From Theionarchaea archaeon (GTDB lineage: Archaea; Methanobacteriota_B; Thermococci; Methanofastidiosales; SZ-28-30), in NCBI GenBank assembly GCA_018992685.1, contig JACVGT010000023.1, positions 1 to 19,712 of the forward strand: a DNA stretch of 19,712 nucleotides, given 5' to 3'. Positions within the stretch are counted from its first letter, which is position 1. Each line of letters starts with the position of its first letter. Below are positions 15,606 through 19,712 of this stretch, piece by piece. The position numbers were made by a program, and so were the translations under genes. The notes under the pieces were generated by a model. That model made no database searches. It had not been told where the DNA came from and saw only the letters and a list, made by a program, of their open reading frames with translations.

Positions 15606-15639
15606 TTTCGGGGGGCTATGTCGAGCAAGAGGTGTTACT

Positions 15640-16092
15640 ATGGCAAGAGATTTTTTTGAAGAGATGAGAAAACTAAGAGAAGAGATGGATCGGTTATTCG
15701 GTGAGTTCAATGAGAGGATCTATTCTGGAGAACGATTGCTCCCTGTCCCGGGAGAGAGACTGCCTGCAATGAGGACTGCAATTGCAGACATACAGGAAAC
15801 AGATGAGGCCGTCATTGCCACTGTGGAACTCCCCGGGATGAAAAAGGAAGACATTTCATTGAATCTGACGGAAACCAGCCTGGAGGTCAAGGCTGAAATG
15901 AAGGAAGAATCAAGAGAAGAAAAAGAAGGATTCAAGTCCTACAGAAAGAGATATTCAGGATTCTACAGACGTATACCCCTTCCTGCAGTCATTGAGCCTG
16001 AAAAGGTCAAAGCCAGCTACAGGAATGGAGTTCTTGAAGTGAAGATGCCAAAAGCAGAGAAAGAGAAGAAGAAGCAGATCTCCATAGAGTAG
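15640..16092 (+). CDS. hsp20: Small heat shock protein, Hsp20/alpha-crystallin family
   Basis: DIQETD....VELPGMKKEDI, FYRRIPLP..I.PEKVKASYRNGVLEV.MPK and the C-terminal IxI motif (ISIE). ATG 15640 follows GAGGTG. Confidence 0.95.
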   Translation: MARDFFEEMRKLREEMDRLFGEFNERIYSGERLLPVPGERLPAMRTAIADIQETDEAVIATVELPGMKKEDISLNLTETSLEVKAEMKEESREEKEGFKSYRKRYSGFYRRIPLPAVIEPEKVKASYRNGVLEVKMPKAEKEKKKQISIE

Positions 16093-16093
16093 A

Positions 16094-16114
16094 TTTGTTT
16101 TCTTCTTTCTTTTT
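16094..16114 (+). terminator. Oligo-T terminator after hsp20
   Basis: TTTGTTTTCTTCTTTCTTTTT directly after the stop codon. Confidence 0.6.
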
Positions 16115-16129
16115 ACGAAGGTGAATGCA

Positions 16130-16540
16130 ATGCAGTATACAAAAAAGGAACACGTGATCGTAGTGCGCCTCTTTAAAGGAGAAGAGCTCATTGAGTCTGT
16201 AAAGAGCGTGTGCATCAAGGAGAAGATTTCATCTGGCAGGGTACAGGCCATTGGTGCTGTCCAGAGGGCCATTCTCGGGTATTTTGATACAGAAGAGAAG
16301 CAATACCTCAAATTTGAGTGCAAGGGAGAAGTAGTGTCATGCATGGGCAATATTGCAGAAAGAGATGGAGAGCTCGTGGTACACGCGCATGCTGTCATAA
16401 GTGAAAAGGATGGCACCTGCAAGGGTGGTCATGTGTTCAGTGCTGAGGCTTCTGCAACTCTGGAGATTTTCATCGAGTCTGTTCCCGGGCTTGCCAGAAC
16501 ACTCGACAAAGAGACAGGACTTTTCCTCCTGAACCTATGA
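16130..16540 (+). CDS. PPC domain / DUF296 (AF0104-like) protein
   Basis: VRL.KGEEL, IGAV, EVVS..GNI and HAHAVIS......GGH motifs. ATG 16130 follows AGGTGA. Confidence 0.9.
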   Translation: MQYTKKEHVIVVRLFKGEELIESVKSVCIKEKISSGRVQAIGAVQRAILGYFDTEEKQYLKFECKGEVVSCMGNIAERDGELVVHAHAVISEKDGTCKGGHVFSAEASATLEIFIESVPGLARTLDKETGLFLLNL

Positions 16541-17466
16541 AAGAATTGGAATCCTGTCAGTTATGTGAGTGGCGGTGTAAGGTCAACAGGGTATCTGGTG
16601 AGACTGGAGTCTGCGGGGTTGGGATACCTAGAGTAGCATGTTCCATGTTGCATCCAGCACCTCCCGCAAGTTTCGATGCGTTCATGGAAGGGTGCAACTT
16701 TACCTGTTTGGGCTGCCAGAACTATGCCATTTCCATGTTGCAGGAACGAGGAGAATATATTCCCCCTGTGGAGTGGGCAGAACTGGGAACAGCTGCCTTG
16801 CATTCTGCACAGGGACGGCGGATTGGGGCTGATAGACTGTTTTTCACTGGCGGGGAGCCCACCTGTTCATTGCCCTGGGTGGAGGCTGCAGCCGAATCTG
16901 TGAATACAAAGGTGAACTTTGACACCAATGGATTCATGACCGAGCAGTCACTGGAGAGGATACTTTCATTCTCAGATTCTATCACTTTCGATATCAAGGC
17001 CTTTACTCCTGAGGTGCATCAAGCGTTGACTGGTGCACCGGTGGCTCCCGTTCTGAGAAATGCGAAATACCTCGTTGAGCGTGCCCTTGAGAAGGTGTAT
17101 GAGTTCAGGGTTTTGGTGATGCCCGGATTGATGGCAGAAGCCATCGATGTTGCCCGATTCCTGGCAGACCTCTCTGAAGATTCCCCTTTGCTGTTCCTGG
17201 CATTCAGGCCCAATTTTATGCTTGACAAAGCACGTGGAAGTACTACAGAAGAAATGGAGTCAGTGGTAGAAGCTGCACGGAACTGTGGACTTCGTGAGGT
17301 AACCTGGGCAGGATCGCCAGATATTCCTGGTGAAAAAGAAGGTATTGTCCATTTCATGGAACTGGCATCACGAGCAGGCTGCCACAAAACAAGGAAAGGT
17401 CAACCCCGGGTTTGCACCTGCAGGGACTGCACAGCGAAATCCTACGTTCCCCAGAGGAAAACCTAG
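16537..17466 (+). CDS. Radical SAM protein, PFL-activating-enzyme/PflX-like
   Basis: CNFTCLGCQN (CxxxCxxC), FTGGEPT, DTNG and FDIK motifs; N-terminal CQLCEWRC.V.R..G..GVC; C-terminal Cys cluster (C...CTC..C). Confidence 0.9.
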   Translation: MKELESCQLCEWRCKVNRVSGETGVCGVGIPRVACSMLHPAPPASFDAFMEGCNFTCLGCQNYAISMLQERGEYIPPVEWAELGTAALHSAQGRRIGADRLFFTGGEPTCSLPWVEAAAESVNTKVNFDTNGFMTEQSLERILSFSDSITFDIKAFTPEVHQALTGAPVAPVLRNAKYLVERALEKVYEFRVLVMPGLMAEAIDVARFLADLSEDSPLLFLAFRPNFMLDKARGSTTEEMESVVEAARNCGLREVTWAGSPDIPGEKEGIVHFMELASRAGCHKTRKGQPRVCTCRDCTAKSYVPQRKT

Positions 17467-18197
17467 ACCAATCTTCCGAATTCCACCATATCCCCTTCTA
17501 CAACGGCATAGTTTCCATACTTCAGCGCCCCTGGATTCACAGCAAGGGTGGTCTTAATCCATTCCGAGTTTTGGGCATTGTGAGCATGACCACAGATCAC
17601 ATACTCTGGACGGAGAAGATCCACCAGGTAATTCACAACATCAGATCCTTTTTCCTGACCATCTTCACAGCTGAGAGAAGATATTGGAGGAGAATGGGTA
17701 ACAAGAATGCTGATTTCCTTGCCAGAAAATGGTTTCATGGCTTCTATGACCGTTTCCTTTGGATACTGGAGTACAAATGTCATTTCTTCTTGTGCCTCTG
17801 TGAGTTCTCCCCCAAAGCCAGCAATGCAAATGGGAGTTTTCACCAGTATCTGGTGCACGAGTCTGGGTTGAGGACATGCCTGGAGAAACCGACTCTCAGG
17901 TGCATCCATGTTGCCGGGTACAACAAAGTATGGTATCTTGATCCCATCCAGGAATGAAAAAAAAGCATGATAAAACTGAAGATCTTCTTTTTCTTCTCTT
18001 TTTATGCTGTCTGTTATCTCGGGTGTTCTACCCTCGTCTCGCGCCTGTAGCCACTCATCGCCGCGGTTGTGGCCTTTAACAATATCCCCTGAAAACGTGA
18101 TGATATCAGGTGAAATCAAGCTGATCTTGGCCTTCAGCAAGTCCAGAACATGGGTGGCACCATGAAAGTCGGACAAGGTAAGTATTCTCACAGTCAC
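17463..18197 (-). CDS. Calcineurin-like metallophosphoesterase (Icc-related)
   Basis: SDFHG, SGDIV, PGNMD, THSPP, CGHAH and VNPG motifs. GTG 18197 overlaps the creatininase stop (GTGA); ORF track start is 18215. Confidence 0.88.
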   Translation of the reverse strand: MTVRILTLSDFHGATHVLDLLKAKISLISPDIITFSGDIVKGHNRGDEWLQARDEGRTPEITDSIKREEKEDLQFYHAFFSFLDGIKIPYFVVPGNMDAPESRFLQACPQPRLVHQILVKTPICIAGFGGELTEAQEEMTFVLQYPKETVIEAMKPFSGKEISILVTHSPPISSLSCEDGQEKGSDVVNYLVDLLRPEYVICGHAHNAQNSEWIKTTLAVNPGALKYGNYAVVEGDMVEFGRLV

Positions 18198-18910
18198 TTC
18201 ACTCTCTCCTTGCACAGCAGATCTTTCAAGGGAGTTTCTTTCATGTAGGCTATGGTCTGCTTGAGTTGATTGACAGCATCTTTGTACAGCACTTCTCCTT
18301 TCCCTTTGGTAGCTCTGGTGGGCCTCCCCACTGTTCCGTCATCAGAGAAATCGATCGTATCATACCATATAATCGTCCCGTAAAGAGGAGGTGACCATCC
18401 AGAGGTATTGTCTTTCGCCCTCTCCATGTGTACCAAATGCTCGTAAAGGAACAGATTCAATGATGTTTCGCCTGAACCGGCATGCGCATCTTCTTCCTTG
18501 CAGGCTTTCCACCACTCATGGAGCGCCACAAAAACTCCCTGTTCTCTCATTTTCATCCCTGCCTGAAGCAAGGGAAACGTGTTGCCTCCATGGCCATTAA
18601 CGATAAGTATTTTCCTTATTCCGTGGTACTGCAGAGACTGGCAGATTCCCAGAACATACTCCTGGAGTACGTGGGGAGAAACCCAGAGGGTTCCCGGGAA
18701 TTGTCTGTGATGTTCTGAATGTCCCACAGGAATGGTGGGAGTGATGATAGCTTCTTCTCTTACCCCTGCAGCAAGCCGTTCTGCAATTAAGTGATCTGTT
18801 CCCAGTGGGTTCTGGGGTCCATGCTGTTCTGTAGACCCGACAGGAATGACAGCCACAGTGTCTTCTGTTATTATATTTTTTAGGTCGAACCAGGATACTT
18901 CTCTCAACAT
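18194..18910 (-). CDS. Creatininase/creatinine amidohydrolase family protein
   Basis: PVGSTEQHG...GTD, G.SEHH..FPGT, NGHGGN, HAG..ETS and G.VG.P..AT..KG motifs. ATG 18910 (or 18913) follows a GGTGA RBS. Confidence 0.92.
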   Translation of the reverse strand: MLREVSWFDLKNIITEDTVAVIPVGSTEQHGPQNPLGTDHLIAERLAAGVREEAIITPTIPVGHSEHHRQFPGTLWVSPHVLQEYVLGICQSLQYHGIRKILIVNGHGGNTFPLLQAGMKMREQGVFVALHEWWKACKEEDAHAGSGETSLNLFLYEHLVHMERAKDNTSGWSPPLYGTIIWYDTIDFSDDGTVGRPTRATKGKGEVLYKDAVNQLKQTIAYMKETPLKDLLCKERVK

Positions 18911-18942
18911 CATGAAATCACCATGATGACTCCTCTCTGAGC

Positions 18943-18955
18943 ATATAAAAAGGTT
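18943..18955 (-). promoter_or_regulatory. TATA promoter of the creatininase-phosphoesterase operon
   Basis: The minus strand reads AACCTTTTTATAT about 30 nt upstream of the start. Confidence 0.55.
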
Positions 18956-19256
18956 CAGATGGTTGGATATGGTCGACACCACCTCAAGGACTTTGGATAG
19001 AGTATACCCTAGAACCTTCCTTCTCGGTGAGGAGAAAAGGCTCCCACCCGGAAAAGGGCGTTCCAGCCGTGTCCTGCGACAACCGTAATTCGAGGGCGTA
19101 ATGAACCCTTTCTTTCAACAAAGAACAAATGGAATAATAATGGCTCCTAGAATTGTGAGAACGTTATGATACTTCCCTACTAATCAAAATTAGTGTTAAA
19201 TTCCCTATTACGATCGTGAGAGTATTTTCTGAGTCTGCAATGAGAATGCCTCGTAC

Positions 19257-19712
19257 TTATTCGATTTTGATTCCCTTCAAGTTCATTATTCCAAGCTCTG
19301 GGATGCAGAATCCAAAATCATAAATCAGAGTGAGGTTCATGTCCCTTATCTCCTGCAGAGAGTACGTATGACGCCCTTCTCCCGTAACAAAGATTATGGT
19401 GGTAGCATTCTCTTTACTGATAGCCTTGTCCAGCACGAATACCAGGGGAACCTCACGATACGTGTTGGACAGGACGTCTTCCAATCCATAGTACAAGTTC
19501 AGGTCCCGGGGCGAAAAGGTCAGCAGGTTGAACACGTCCCCATATACAGAAAAGGAAGTCTCCTTATCCACGAATTCTACAATTCTCAGATACTTGAGCC
19601 AGTTGCATTTGCACCCATAGGTAGGGTCGACAATGATCTTCAAGGGACCCCCGTCTTCCTCGCCAATGGGATTCCCTTCTTTCCTGTATGCCAGAATCAC
19701 ATCTACGCTGTA
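19257..19712 (-). CDS. Molybdopterin-dependent oxidoreductase family protein (sulfite oxidase-like Moco domain), 5'-truncated by the window edge
   Basis: ILAY...G.PI....GGPLKIIV...GCK..W.KYL..VE resembles the end of the Oxidored_molyb domain. The frame is open to 19712. Confidence 0.75.
   Translation of the reverse strand, partial: YSVDVILAYRKEGNPIGEEDGGPLKIIVDPTYGCKCNWLKYLRIVEFVDKETSFSVYGDVFNLLTFSPRDLNLYYGLEDVLSNTYREVPLVFVLDKAISKENATTIIFVTGEGRHTYSLQEIRDMNLTLIYDFGFCIPELGIMNLKGIKIE

Noticed and set aside
17412-17957. 181-aa plus-strand ORF and other long antisense ORFs (e.g. 5449..5970, 15955..16422, 8506..8934)
   Set aside because: They lie antisense to, or out of frame within, well-supported genes and show no protein motifs.
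16537-18910. Mycofactocin-like RiPP cluster (radical SAM + creatininase) acting on the repeat protein
   Set aside because: The radical SAM is PflX-like with no evident SPASM or RRE domain, the genes are convergent, and housekeeping genes separate them from the repeat gene by ~7 kb.
18923-18990. Box C/D sRNA (ATGATGA...CTGA); a similar C box occurs at 8083
   Set aside because: Only 7 nt separate the C and D-like boxes, there is no terminal D box at a suitable distance, and it overlaps a promoter/RBS.
19090-19150. Fluoride riboswitch-like 3' motif (TAATGGCTCCTA) or SRP/RNase P fragment
   Set aside because: The 5' GGxGATGGxGTTC stem is absent and there is no downstream plus-strand gene; SRP and RNase P conserved cores were not found.

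Overview
Archaeal chromosomal window. The domain is shown by egsA (sn-glycerol-1-phosphate dehydrogenase) next to a UPF0179 gene, TATA/BRE-type promoters and GGTGA ribosome-binding sites. A Thermococci-related lineage such as Theionarchaea is a guess, not demonstrated. In order, the window holds: (i) a tandem family of at least three orphan two-TM membrane proteins around a 7-bladed beta-propeller surface protein; (ii) an Asp/Glu-racemase (maleate isomerase-like) + hydantoinase/oxoprolinase A + B operon followed by an atypical arginase-family hydrolase; (iii) an orphan 228-aa protein with 12 perfect copies of the heptapeptide DASGLVR in three arrays, conserved at protein level despite synonymous divergence. 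It lies downstream of a membrane-anchored HEXXH metallopeptidase, which is divergent from a B-box/TM + DUF2085 gene pair; (iv) housekeeping and stress genes: UPF0179, egsA, EamA, Hsp20, PPC/DUF296, PflX-like radical SAM, metallophosphoesterase, creatininase-family hydrolase and a partial molybdopterin oxidoreductase. The DASGLVR repeat protein and its peptidase neighbourhood are the best candidate for an undescribed system. No rRNA, tRNA, CRISPR array or transposase was recognised.
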